Shown here piece by piece: positions 39,582 through 52,580 of a stretch of 64,000 nt of DNA (positions are counted from its first letter, which is position 1; each line of letters opens with the position of its first letter). Where the stretch lies: assembly GCF_009834535.1 (NCBI RefSeq), contig NC_045707.1, forward strand, positions 47,432,001 to 47,496,000, in the 5' to 3' direction. A program made the translations under genes and the position numbers. This stretch comes from Camelus ferus. Taxonomy: Eukaryota. The notes beneath the pieces are model-generated. The model did no database searches and was not told the DNA's origin. It saw nothing but the letters and a program-made list of their open reading frames with translations.

Positions 39582-39741
39582 AAAAAAACTTAGTCTATAA
39601 TCCTCAAGGATTCTCTAATTTCAATACCTGTGGAATACCTGGATCCCTTGACTAGAATGGTTTGGTATCCTCTAAGACCTGATCATCAGGGGAAAGCATC
39701 TGGGGCATGATCTGGTTCATACGGAAGAGTTACATATGCTG

Positions 39742-39940
39742 TTGGGGCAGAGACTGCTAACTGACCCTCCAACATCTGTTCTCTTCTAATTCTAGTCAAT
39801 AGGTGTTTTGGATGAGTACATGGCTTCTCTGCTAAAGTCAACACTTCTTACTCTTTCTTGCAGCTGGCTGTGTCTATGTGACTGAATTCTTGCCAGTGGG
39901 ACACGATTAGGTGCTGTACGCCACTTCCAGATCCTTAGAG
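39742..39940 (+). mobile_element. Old MaLR LTR fragment (MLT1I/J-like)
   Basis: TGGGGCAGAGACTGCTAACTGACCC...CTTGCAGCTGGCTGTGTCTATGTGACTGAATTCT. Confidence 0.6.
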
Positions 39941-40304
39941 GGCATTCCCTGGGGACCGGACTCATTTTATGCAACTGTGCGGATTCCTACCGCCCCCTCT
40001 AGGCTTTACTGTTTGCCCTGCTTCTGATGTGCTTCGTTCCTGTGACTATCACTGCTCTTTTCTCATTTTATAATACCAATGGTTGCTTCAGCCTCCCAGG
40101 CTCTGTTGCCTCCATACCTTTAGGAGCATCCTTAGCATCCAGGTCCAGAAAAGCTAGGCTTCCTCCGTAGCTGCCTGAAGGGGCAATAATACAACTAGAA
40201 ATAGAAGGGAATGTTAACACCCTACTAGACGAACTTGATCAGTGAGAGACAAAAAATCAGAAATGGCTGCCAGGTAAATCACTTGCCTCTGCTGCCGCTG
40301 ACAG

Positions 40305-40455
40305 AGTGTTCTCAGACAATGACTACATCACCTTCATTTGGTATTATTAGAAGTTCAGAAACTCAGGCCAAACCACAGACCTATTGAATTAAGTGTGTAT
40401 TTTAACAGGATCCCCGGGAGAGTCATATGCACACTAAAGTTTGAAAGCATTGCTC
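40305..40455. mobile_element. MER5-type hAT element
   Basis: TTTTAACAGGATCCCCGGGAGAGTCATATGCACACTAAAGTTTGAAAGCATTG. Confidence 0.7.
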
Positions 40456-40469
40456 TAAGACACAGCTGT

Positions 40470-41330
40470 TCCACAAACAAAACAAACCCAGTACCTAAAC
40501 ATATTATATTCAAACTACTGAAAACCAGGGATAAAGAGAAATCTCTAAGGCAACCTGAGGGAAAAAAAAGACCTATTACAGAGGAACAAAGATAAGAGTT
40601 ACAGCAGTCTTCTTGTCAGAATCTATGCCAGTCAGAACACAATAGAGTGATATCTTTAATGTACTGAAAGAACAAAACTGTCAAAAATATCTTTAAAAAG
40701 GAAGCATAAATAAAGACTTTCCCCAACAAACAAAAACTGAGAGAATGAAGTATAAGCAATCTGTCACTCCTAGAAATGTTAAAGAGATTTCTTCAGACAG
40801 AAGCAATAATATATCAGACAGAAACTTGGATCTGCCTGGAGAAATAGTGTTAGAAATGGCAAAAATGAAGGTTAAAAACCGAAAAAGTTTAAAGTTTCAT
40901 TTTCTCTAGGAAGATTGATAGTTTACTAAAGCAAAAATAGTATCACCGTAGTATGTGTATATAATACATGTAAAATGAAACATAGCACAAGAGTAGCACA
41001 AAAGATGGGAGGCAGGAATTGGAGTATACTGTTAAGGACATAATATTATTTGAAGGTAGACTATAATTAAAGATTAACCAACTTGACCTAAGTGACATTT
41101 GTTGAATATTCCACCCTTAAAGAGCGTACAAAAATATGCGTTTGAGCCACAGCATAAATAAACTAGGTGTTAGTAACAGAAAGATATTTGGAAAATCCTT
41201 AAATAATTGTAAAGTACACCACACACAACTCAGTAACCCATGGGCCAAACAAGGAAGTCACAAGGGAAATTAGAAAAATATTTTGAATTAAATCAAAATG
41301 AAAAATATTGGTGACATACAATCAGGGTTA
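40470..41330 (+). mobile_element. Old L1 ORF1 3' end, inter-ORF and ORF2 fragments
   Basis: PKHIIFKLLKTRDKEKSL (ORF1p-like) in ORF 40338-40595, followed by degenerate ORF2 endonuclease-region DNA. Confidence 0.8.
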
Positions 41331-43009
41331 TAGGGAAATGATTAAACTATGGATTCTACTCATTATCAAGGCCCTCCTGTTAGATTCTAGGTCATCTCCT
41401 TGTTTCTTCTTTGTTATATAGAAAGGTACCTTCAGGTAATAGAGTAAAGGAAAAAGAAAACTAAAAAATTCAAAGAGGCTCAGTTGATATTCATAAAAGT
41501 GAATTGGGGACAAATGAAAGAAGATGTCAAGTAGTAGTCTCTGAAATAGAGGGAGACAGCAGAGAACATGATTTTGGTGGGAGGGGGTCGGGGTGAAACC
41601 ACTGCAGAGCACATAAGAAAACTTGGTGATAAGAAAGGTGTCTCAACTCTAAAGTATATTTCAAAGAGTTTTGCTGCATATTAAAAATATACCTCAACTT
41701 CAATATTTTATCAATAGAGTAAGCAAAGATCTAAATCTCTTTTGATTTTATTTTTCTGGAGATGGCTGTTTCTTTGACTATGACTCTTAAGAAGGAATCT
41801 CATGAGGCCTTATACAGCCAGAAAGAGCCCTATTCATTCCCTTTTCCCTCATCCATTTCATGGAAGACAGCTTCCTTCTTTCGCATTCTCCTTAAGCTGC
41901 AGGTTGTTTTTTTGTGATTTATGTTCTTCCTTAATCCTTTCTGGACATTCATTTTATTTTCCTTTTCTTTCTTTTTTTTTTTTTTTTTTAACAAAGAAGT
42001 CTCATGTACTACTCCCCTGCCCAGGAAGAATTAAATCCCCCATATCCTCTAGGAGTGGCCCTTGACATCTCACACATACTTTGAGAATATATAACCTTTG
42101 ATTTCCATCAGCCATCTGGATAACTGTAGCTTTTTGAAGTCTAATACATTCTCCCCTAACACCCTCTCCCCTCCAGCCAAATGATGAGGATGTGACTTAG
42201 ATGGATCCAAGAATTTGAATCCAGGGCAAAAAGACACACAGATAGAAGATAGCTGAGTCATTTTGCTGGCAGCTGCCAAAATGTCCTAGTCCAGGAATTC
42301 CTGGTACTGAGATCCCTGGAGCTACCCTAGTCTAGTTTTCTTTCCGAGACTGGTTTTCTTCTTCAATTCTGCATTTTCTTGTATCATTTCAACCAGTTAT
42401 TTAATGCTTGAGGTAGCCAGAATCTGCTTCTGTTGTTTGCAATCATAGGGCCATAAGTGAGACAAGTCACAACTTAAAAATGGTACTGAGTGCTGTGCCA
42501 GATTCTTCTGAGCAGGGCCCGCTTGTGCTGATGTGGACTGTGTGATGAATCAGTGCTCCTACAATTTTCTCTATCTATTCTGCTGTGAAACCTCTGAACT
42601 TACATTGGACAATCTGCTGAGACATCAACGTCATTTGTCCCTTACTTGGTGCAAAAATATTACTTATGTTTTAAGTCCACATTTGTTCTTTCCTTATTGG
42701 GCTGTGCGTCAAGCAGTGGTACTTGACACCGTAAGAGACCATTCAGGACATAAAAATAAATTACATACCTCAGTTATAAAGTGGCAAATTAAATGATCTT
42801 GAATATGTTTATATTATTTTTTGACATTATCATTGAAATGAAAGCACATTACCTAAAAATCTTTTAAAAGGCTGTTGTGATAGACTTGTACTTTATACCG
42901 TATTTCACAGACTTTATCATTCTCTCTGATACCTCTGTGGGGATCAATTCAGCCTTGATAAATGTGTAGTTGAGTATCATAAGCTTAAAAAGTTAACATG
43001 CAAGGATAT

Positions 43010-43960
43010 GAATAGAAAAATGCACAAAAAAAGGAACACACAAAAAGGTCAATAAACATAGTAAAATGTGTTCAACCTCAATAAGATTAAAGATGTTTAA
43101 AGCATCAGTCAAGATGGTCTAGGTAACACTGCAGTAACAACACCATTTCTCAGGGGCTCAAAAAGACGAAGATTTATTTTTTTGTTCATATCCATCATGG
43201 CTTAGCTGGAGGCTTTGTTCCACAGAATTGATTAACAAAACCTGTCCCTGGGCCATGGGACTCAGACCACTTTGTGGAATATTGCTGGTAACAGGTAGCA
43301 AAGTGAAAGAGAGCTCTGTAGGCTCTTGCACTGCCGTGAAATATTCATCCCAGAGTGGTACATATTATTTCTATTCACATTTTAACGACCAGGGCAGGTC
43401 ACATGGCCCCACCTACTATCAAATGCCATGAAATTCAACCCTACTATATGCTCAGGAGGTGGAAAGTCAGAAATATTTGGTAGGGGACATTAACGACTAT
43501 ATCATGTAGTGAAACCAATAATAAGCTATTATTTTTCAGCTATCAGACCAGCAACTTTGTAAAGATAAAGTTAAAAAAATAAAACTTTGTCTCAGCTAGT
43601 GTATCGAAACAGGCACTCATCCCTCAGGAATGAGAAATTGTGCATTATTTCTGGCGGCAGTTTTGACAGTACACACACACGCAGTGTACATATACTTTAC
43701 CCCACAATCTCACTGCTAGGAATGTAACCTAAAGAGATGTTCACAATTGTGAAAAGACAGGTTTGCAAGAATGTTTATTAGAGCATTGTGTATATCGGTA
43801 GAAAATAATATAAACAATGCATAAATGTGAGGGCAGAGCAATGGCTGAACATTTTATGTTACAACTGTTTAATTAAATATTATGGATCCATTAAAATTAT
43901 GCTCACAAAGAATCTGCAACTAAGTAATATCTTTATCTTATAGTGTTAAATGACAAAGCA
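43010..43960. mobile_element. Old L1ME-like fragment interrupted by an antisense MLT1-type LTR (about 43103-43505)
   Basis: L1 AAACATAGTAAAATGTGTTCAACCTCA and CAATCTCACTGCTAGGAAT flank TCAGTCAAGATGGTCTAGG...GCAGTAACAA...GGTCACATGGCCC. Confidence 0.65.
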
Positions 43961-44566
43961 GCCTATACACGTTCAGTACAACCTCTTCCTGCTCTCTACA
44001 AGTGGGAAAAAAGCACCTCAGAGTTCTCCCTTATCTATCCTCCAATGATTACTGTTCCTTCCAGCAGAGCCTGTACACCTACTGTGAGGGACCCCAATCA
44101 AGGCTGTCCTTCCATGCTTGACCCTTATGCTATTTTATAGCTCAGCTGTTCAACACCTGCAGGAGCTATGCTGGGGGCAGGATGGTGGGTGCTGTCTGGT
44201 TGCAGAGTGACTTCCATTTCCCTGGAGGCTTGCTTATGCTCAGGACTAGGGAAGAGGTGGAAGTCCTGATTCCATTCCCAGAGTCCTTCTTATGGTTGAG
44301 TTTTCCTTTCCCAAAGAACTACCCCACTCTCCAAGGATTAGCAGAGTACCTTGATCCCTTCGCTTGGATCTTTTCTTTTCCTTCCTTCCTTCTTTGCCTC
44401 TTGTTTCCTTGAAAGAAACCTTGACTAAGCAGTTTTAAGTGTCAGGCACTGTGCCCGGTACTGGGACTAGCACAGTGAACAAGATACTCTCTCTGCCCTC
44501 ATGGAGCATTCTTTCTATCTATTGCAGAAATGGAAAAGAGACAGTTGTAGTGTATCTCTGTGGTAG

Positions 44567-45033
44567 TATGAAGGAAAAGCCGGGCTGGTCTAACAAGATA
44601 ACTCACAAGTCTAGGAATGTGAAGGAGAGGCTGGGCTGGGCTGGCAGGATAACTCACAAATCTAAGTATTGGAATACTGATCTGAGTTCTGCTGGACTAA
44701 CTTGTAAATCTAGGTTAATTAGTGTTGGTTTGCTGTTCATGTTTTTTTTGCTAGCCAGCTGGGTTTTCAAAGATACATATCTGGCTTTGGATTGTTGGTT
44801 TGCTGCCTCCCTGCCTCCACTTTTGTGATAATGATGCTGCTAAAGCTGTTTCATGCCTATTGGCCAAATACCCCAAGCTTGTACTTTACCCTATAAAACC
44901 TCATGCGCACGTCTTGGAGGTGCTCAGAGCTTCAGAGCAGAAGCCCCTCTGAGCCCGCCGGCGTAATACATTCTGAGTACTCCAACCCTCCGAGTGGTGC
45001 TTGTTTCTTGGCTGGCCTGTCGTTTCCGTAACA
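44567..45033 (+). mobile_element. Relatively young ERV solo LTR inserted at the start of an MLT1 LTR
   Basis: Ends TAACA. ATTGG (CCAAT) at 44859, TATAAAA at 44892 and AATACA at 44965. Retains many CpGs. MLT1E/F-like TGTGGTAG lies on the left and CCTGCCTCCTGGTATTCACACCC...CTTGCTTCTAACAAATAGAATATG on the right. Confidence 0.8.
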
Positions 45034-45260
45034 TTTCGAACCTCTGAGATGTCCCATGAAACCTGCCTCCTGGTATTCACACCCTGTGTAATCCCCTCTC
45101 CTGAGTGTTGGCTGGACTTAGCAACTTGCTTCTAACAAATAGAATATGCCAGAGCATTGGAAAGTCACTTCTGAGATTAGGTAGTAAAAAGGCTCTAGCT
45201 TAGATCATGGGTCTCCCCTCCACCATCTCTTCCCTGGCTCTGGGGGAAGCAAGATGCTGT
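45034..45260 (+). mobile_element. MaLR LTR fragment (MLT1E/F-like)
   Basis: GTGTAATCCCCTCTCCTGAGTG...GTCACTTCTGAGATTAGGT. Confidence 0.8.
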
Positions 45261-47810
45261 GTATTTCACCAATATGCTACACAACCAGTGTTATTTGTGA
45301 GAAGTGGAAGGTAATTGTAAAAATAATTACAAGAAAAGCAAAACAATGCTGTTAAATCCTAACAAAACAAGATTGCCCCTAAAAGCTCTAAGATCTCCTT
45401 GCCTCTCTGTGTGTGTCACTCTTCAAAAGAGAGGTGATAAAAAACCTAGTACTAAACTGAATTTTTCTCCTTGATGTGATCAGAAGGATTAAAGAGAATT
45501 TAACAAGGAATCATATGATTCTATTTTAGTTACTACTGTTGTTCACATGTGACTAAAATTCATCTCTTATTCATCAAGCACTTTGAGAACACTACCCTAC
45601 ACTAATCAGCTGAGACTATAAGCCACAAATATGGGTCAACACTCAGACAGAGAAAGATGGTTTCTTTTAATGCCAAACTTAAGACTGTAGTTCTGTACCT
45701 GGGTGCACGGCACAGTGGTGTTCCATGAATTTTCATTGTGTGCTACCAGAGTTTGATCAATATATAAAATAGATTTCCTCCTTCCAGTTGAGGACACATA
45801 TTTTTATGTACGTGTGACGGAAGGCTCTGCAGAATTAGTTGGGCAGTGTGTGTCCCACTCTCCATACTTAAGAAACATCACCTCTCCATGGGACAGTGAA
45901 CTGGGACACTTACCAGATCTATAACCACTCAAAAGCTACATAGCAATAAAGGGTGACCCAGTGAATAGTAAAATAACTCTAGAAAGGCTTTTTGGCTTTC
46001 CAAAACTTGCTTTTTAAAAACCATCATTCATCTTTTAGTGCTTTTGAGCATACTGTCCAGACTTCTAGAATTCAAAAATGTGTCTAAAAAAAGGTCATTG
46101 TTTAGAGGTCAAAGGCGGACTCCTTCCACTAGCAACCAAGTCAAATTTCAAAATTTTTGCCATAAAGGTTGTTTTTTATGGGAACAAATACTTCCTATTC
46201 ATTTGTTCTGTTAAATGGATAAAATATGACAGGTGATTTGCAGAAATAAAATTCTCTCTGAAATGCTTCCTAACATGTTACTTGGTCTTTTCTTTTCCCT
46301 AAAATATATTATGAAAAACACCGAGCTTGTAAATGATTTGTTCCAGGTGACAACAGAGAATACATTTCCTAAAGGAACAGTGTTTTCCTCTCTCAAAATT
46401 TTGGAATCTCCCTGATATATTTCTAGATAGATGGGATCAAACAGTATAATCATGCCCCGGAAGTGCAGAGGTGGGGGAAGAAGAGGTTCAGGGCAGTAGT
46501 TGGGGTAACTGTTTTGTACATAAGAACAGAGGAAGGTATAGGGTTAGAGAACTGTTATTATTTCCCCTCCGCTGCAGAACTGGGCCATGTTTGGGGGCCT
46601 GGAGTGAGCTTGGCAGAAAATCACTTGCTTCCTCAGGGCTTTTTGTCCATATTACTGTCTTGGTGAATGGCCTATTTTGTAAACTGAATGCCACAGTAGT
46701 TTCACATATCCAAATTAGAAGAAATATGCTGACCTGAAATACGAAAACCTATTGAGATGTCAGCCATGGTTTTTTTTTCCTTTCTTAAATTTCAAAATAG
46801 ACACTTGCGTAGCATCCCCAAAATGCTTTTTAAATTAATATCTCACTTGGATTGAAATCTTTGAGTCTCAAACAAGAAAAAAATAAGTAATGAAAAGAGA
46901 CTGAGTAAGCACCACTTCCTCCCTTTAGAAAAATGTGTGACTCCCCTGTGACCATTTTCTGGCCTCTGAGAAGGAGCTTTCACAGAAGCAAAGTAAATTC
47001 TATTTGCTTAAAAGTTCAAGTCAATAACAATTTTATTTAATTGGGACATAACTGAGGAAAAAGGACAGATTGTCAGACTCTAGCAGGCCAGCCTCCGGGC
47101 ATGCAGGACCTCAGTGACTGGCTGGTGAAGAGGAGGTAGAGGCTGGACCCCAGCTCAAAAACATAGTGTGGCTGTAGTTCTGACCCCCAAAGACACTGGG
47201 TGGTGGTCCAAGTTGATGTTCAAAGAGGAAGGATAAATAATGCAATTACATCCAATGCTAATGTCTCAGGGGGTACAGTTTACAGTTGGAGCATGTCAGC
47301 AAAGTTCACCATACACAGGTGATGCTTTAAGTTAGCAGGGAACTACTATCATACTTACAAATGGTTCACCTCTTTAGAGTATTATCTTAGCCAGAAATTT
47401 AAGGGCCAGTGGAGCATCTCCAGTACCCCAGGAAGAGGAATGGTGAGACTTGCCAGAGCTCCAACAGAGCAGAACTGGACTCTATTTATCAGGGAATTTG
47501 AGGTAGAAGCCTAATCACACAAAGTAGACCCCCATTGTGAGGTTTAGGGAAGTGTTATAACTCAGTGAACCCACCACAAGCATCAAAGACACTGGGTCTA
47601 CAGAAAGACAACTATTTCCAGAACCTACCCACTTGCAAAGGTGGGCCTCAGTGATGCCAACTTTAAAGGTAGCAACTGACATTAGCATTAGAAAACCAAG
47701 CAATGTTGCCATGCAAGGAAGATCAGCAGTGCTCATTGAGGTGTGCTCCAAGATAGCCCTGTGCTACATTTCATGGAAAGGAAGTGTAAAAGAAGTTATA
47801 GAATCCCTGA

Positions 47811-47958
47811 GGGGAGGGTACAGCTCAGTAGTAGAGTGCGTGCTTAGCATACATGAGGTTCTGGATTCAATCCCCACTACCTCCATTAGAATAAATGAAT
47901 AAATAAATAATAAACTTAATTACCCACCTAACCCCCCACCCCGAACAAAAGGGGAAAA
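47811..47958 (+). mobile_element. tRNA-derived SINE (Vic-1-like)
   Basis: GGGGAGGGTACAGCTCAGTAGTAGAG...GGATTCAATCCCC. Degenerate TSD AAAAGAAGTTATAGAATCCC / AAAAGGATTTATGGAATCCC. Confidence 0.9.
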
Positions 47959-48534
47959 AAAAGGATTTATGGAATCCCAAATGGCCAGTAAACAAATGAA
48001 AGATACCCAGCCTCACTGGCAATCAGGGAAATGCAAGTTAAACCACAGCTGATTTTAATGGGTACCATTTCATACCCATCAGATATACAGAAAAATGTTA
48101 CTGCAGCATTATTAAAAAAAAAAAAAAAACTACAATTACTTAAATATTCATCAATAGAATGGATATTTGATTTAGTAACAAATATTTATGGTAATTTAAA
48201 TTTTATATTATATTTTGTAATAGAATGCCATAAAAATGCTATAAAGCAGTGAACATAAATGAACATGAACTAGTAGAGAAAACTGAAGGCACATTCATGA
48301 AATACTTCAATAATATATTTCTAGAGCAACACAAGCTTAAATTATAGAGTATATCTAAATACCTAAGTTAATGCATAAAAGCACTTTGTTCCCACTTCTA
48401 ACATAGCATTCTCCAGGTTATATTGGATATTTTTATTTAGGTGCCTGATGACTCAGTATGACATGAAATTCTTTGAAGTCAGGAACCAAGCAGAATCCCT
48501 TAACAGAACAGGTGCTCAATAATGTTAGTTGAGT

Positions 48535-48915
48535 GAAATCTTGCCATTTGCTGTCAGGGAGAAAAATCATGGATGGACCTTAAGGGTATTATGCTAAATG
48601 AAATAAGTCAAATGGAAAAAGACAAATATGATTTCACTTATATATGATTTCACTCATATATGGAATATTTTAAAAATTAAAGTAAAAAATAAATAAATGA
48701 ACAAACCAAAACAACCAAACCAAATACATAGATATAGAGAACAGAGTAGTGATTATCAGGAGGAAAGGGTATGCGGGGAGGGCAAAGTGGGTAAAGGGGG
48801 GTCACTATAGGGTGATGGATGGAAACTAAACCTTTGGTGGTGAGCACACTGTAGTGTCTACAGAAGTCAAAATATAATATTCTACACTTAAAACTTACAT
48901 AATGTTAGAAACTAA
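48535..48915 (+). mobile_element. L1 3' end fragment
   Basis: GAAATCTTGCCATTTGC...TGGATGGACCTTAAGGGTATTATGCTAAATGAAATAAGTCA...TGGTGGTGAGCACACTGTAGTG. Confidence 0.85.
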
Positions 48916-50377
48916 TAACTAATAATAAGAATGTTGAATGAATTATTAAGTGAATGAAGAGTTAAAGACACAATTATGTCAGTTGCTTAAATGTAATTAT
49001 CTGGACCAAGGTCAAAGCCATCATTGCTAATCCTTAGCCCCTGGTCCTCCTGCTGTCCAACCTTGCCTTTTTCTGGAACCCCTGACCTTCCCTCTTAATG
49101 CACTTGTTGGACTAGTCAGGGAAGTTAGGAGAGAGATGATCTCACTTTCTGTCCACACTTTTCATCTCAGCTTGGACAGTTTGGTACTACCCACAAGGAC
49201 AATCAGAGGTCTTTGAAGTGACCTTGAGAATAGACCATGTTTTTTCTTTCATACGTATTCATGTATGTACGTGAGTTCTCACGTATATATGCATCAAATA
49301 CCAGCAGGGGCTGTTGAGCTTTCCCTCTACCAGATCACCCCTAATTTTAAGGACACTGAGGAGACTCACACACAGAAAAGTAAATAGCACAAATAAAACA
49401 TAAACACTGTGGCTGCTCTCAGAGCATTTTGATGGGCCTTTATTGTAAGAGGCATGCGAGGACTATAACTTGAATAAATCCAAAAAGTCTCATGTGCCAT
49501 GAGGGACTGAGGGCTTTAAAAATTCTTAAAAAGACAATACCTAAAAGAATGGTCCACCTGTATTTGAAGCAGAAGATACAAGAAAAGGGATAAACCCACT
49601 GCCAAGAAAACATGATGCAGCATTAATAGATGGAGCAGAGAACATGGAAAAACTTCATTTTCACATTGCTTTGATTTTCAAAAACAGCCTTTCCCAAAGT
49701 GGGTGCCTCAGAATGCTAGTTCTTTAATGGATTTTTCAGAAAGAAGAGTTGCATGACCAGAGACATTTGAGAAACATTAGGAAAATACACACATTTCTTT
49801 ACTGCAGGACTTTTAGGGTGCTTTAAGATGCTACAGTGTTCTTTGAAACCCAAAGAGAGAGGTAGAGTCCTTACTGCTATTCAGATTTATGTAATAATTG
49901 ACACTTTTAATTGGAGGCACCTCATGGGACTAGTGTCTGTGGAGCATGCTTTGGAAAACACTAAAAGCAAGGGGAATGGTCTCTAATAAAAACATGTAGA
50001 ATAAATTGTGCAAAGACAAAGGAAACTACAGTTCTGAGGAAATTGGAGAGAGAAAAAGAATACTCAACTATTTTCAAGGATTTCAAATCTTTCCACTCAG
50101 AAAGTACATTCCAACTACTAAAATCAGTTTTGAGAAGTAAAGGAAAATGTTAAAGTTTCCTTCAGATTGGAAATGAACAAGTAACATATCCAAAGAAAGG
50201 TTTTAAAAACTTGAGACCAAAATGTGATCACCATTTAGGGCTAAAATAGGTTTTCATTTCACTAAGATTCTTCTATTGCAAGTGACAGAAGACTCTGACT
50301 ATTTTAAGGAAAAAGTGAATGCACTGGTGGGACTTTTACTGGAAAGAAAGATGAGAGACAAGAGACTCAGTCTTGAT

Positions 50378-51091
50378 CTGTTCCTGAACTCAGGTCCAGC
50401 TGCTCGCTGTTCAAAAACCAATACTTGTGGGGAAGGTATAGCTCAGTGGCAAAGTTCATGCTTAGCATGCACAAGGTCCTGGGTTCAATCCCCAGTACCA
50501 ACATTAAAATAAATAAATAAACCTAATTATCTACCCCCTCCAAACAAAACAAAAATCAATACTTGAGAGAGGCAAATGTCAGTAGAAAGGGAAGTTGCTT
50601 TTAATCAGAATGCCAGCAATCTGGGGAGATGGTGGACTCAACGTCCCCAGAAAACCATGTCCCAAGATTCTGCTCAGCCATGAAAGATTTAACAGGAAAA
50701 GAGGGAGTAATCACAGTTAATCATTGAGATAGGGGTTTCAAGTTGTCACCATCCCCTACTGTAGGCTTGCTGACTTCTCCTGATCTTTTCTTTAGATGTT
50801 ACCTTGTTCACAGTTGGTTCACACAGTTTGTTTGCAAGATTACTGAAGGGGAAGCTAGGGAGGAGATCTGGTCATTTGTTAATTATTTATTCTCCATTTC
50901 TACTTTTTTGATCTATGGAAAAAATCAACAGGTTAGGCAAGGTATTGTGTGATCAATATATTTGAAAGGTGTGCTAGGGTCAGAGATGAGTAAAGCATGG
51001 GATGCCTGGTTTAAGGTTAGTTACAAGATAAAACGGGCCTCCTACTGAGAGCTTCCCTTCAAAGAGCTCCTTCCTGCCAAAAGCTGCTTAT
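50378..51091 (-). mobile_element. ERV solo LTR nested in an old MLT1 and itself split by a SINE
   Basis: Plus strand starts TGTTCCTGAAC (minus-strand ...ACA end), with an antisense ATTAAA at about 50599. MLT1-like TTGCAAGTGACAGAA lies on the left and AAGTCCCAGGAGAGGGATTC on the right. Confidence 0.65.
50429..50550 (+). mobile_element. tRNA-derived SINE (Vic-1-like)
   Basis: A and B boxes. TSD AAAAACCAATACTTG (50413-50427) and AAAAATCAATACTTG (50551-50565). Confidence 0.92.
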
Positions 51092-51315
51092 GGAACCAGG
51101 GCAGGAACCATGGGAGCCATGGGCACCAGAGCTGGAAATACATGCTATCTTTCTCAGTTGCTGTTGCTGAAGTGAGTTCCTTCAGGCATTCTTCTTCTCT
51201 ATCAATTACTCTACTACAGATTCTAAGTCCCAGGAGAGGGATTCAGGTTGGAACAGCTTGGTTTCTCATGTTAAGCTTCTTGGCCAAGGGAGAACTGGAC
51301 ACCAAGAATGCAAAA

Positions 51316-51836
51316 TGGTTTGTAAATAGAATTTGTATCATTTTTTTTTAGATTCCACATATAAGTGATATCATATGATATCTGTCTTTCTCTGTCTGAC
51401 TTACTTCACTTAATATGATAATCTCTAGGTCCATCCATGTTGCTGCAAATGGCATTATTTCATTCTTTTTTATGACTGAGTAATATTCCATTGTGTATAT
51501 TTACTACATCTTCTTTTCTATTTACAAACCAAATACAGACTCACAGAAAACAAACTATGGTTACCAAAGGGGAAAGGGCAGAGGAGGGATAAATTAGCAG
51601 TTTGGGATTACCAGATACACATTACTATATATAAAATAGATAAACAGCAAGGACCAACTATATAGCACAGGTAACTATATTCAATTTCTTATAATAATAT
51701 ATAATGGAAAAGAATCAGAAAAATATATATGTATGTATATGTATAACCTAATTGCTTTGCTGCGCACCTGAAACCAACATTGTAAATCAACTACACTTCA
51801 GTAAAAAATAAAATTAAAAGAAAATAGGAAAAAAAA
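51316..51836 (+). mobile_element. 5'-inverted L1 insertion (twin-priming structure)
   Basis: Antisense L1 segment 51316-51515 abuts a sense segment running from 51516 to polyA. TSD core AAGAATGCA at 51304 and 51837. Confidence 0.88.
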
Positions 51837-52079
51837 AAGAATGCACATATAGGGAGATATATTACCTAAAATAAACTGGGGGTTAGTAGAAAGGGAAAAT
51901 GAATGGTGAGTGCCTGAAAATCAACAAATTCCCATTATGTGTTTCCTTAGAACCAGATATATCAAATTAATCTAATTGCCTGAGGTTGGTAAAACTCCGA
52001 AGTGGGGTAGAACTGTATTCATTATGTTTAATTCATCCATTTATTTGTAAGTCTTCAGTACCCAGCAAGTAAACACAAG

Positions 52080-52580
52080 GCACCATGGTATACAAATCAC
52101 ATTAGCCTCCTGCTTAAAACCTTCAATGGTTTACAACTTAGAAAAAAATACAGACTCCCTAGTGGAGCCTCTAAGGCCCCCACTGTCTGCACCCCCAACT
52201 CTCCCAGCCCTCTCCCCTTGCCTGGTCTATTCCAGCCCCAGTGCCCCATGCTTCCCACACGCTATTGCATCTGGTGGGCACACTCTCCTCATTCAAGCCC
52301 GAATAAGTTGAGTAACTTTCAGTCATGGTGGGCCTCAAGTTAAGTGTTGCTACACCCCCTCACTCCGAATCTGTCTCTCCTGTTGTTCTGATCCCTGAAA
52401 CCCTGGTTTCCTCCTTCATAACACAATTGCCCATCTCCTATTTTTCCTGTTGATTTAATGACTCGCTCCCTCAGAAGATGGCAAAAATCCAAGGACCACA
52501 TCTATTTTGCTTAATTCTAAACATAACTTCTAGCACAGACCTTGACCATGGTTGGCACACAAGAAATACTGTTCAGTGAA
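52080..52580 (+). mobile_element. L2 fragment
   Basis: CCTCCTGCTTAAAACCTTCAATGGTT...TCTAGCACAGACCTTGACCATGGTTGGCACACAAGAAATACTGTT. Confidence 0.7.

Noticed and set aside
44439..44828. 129-aa ORF with an internal repeat (KITHKS/RITHKS)
   Set aside because: It spans L2, MLT1 and LTR DNA, and the peptide repeat just reflects the LTR's tandem duplication.
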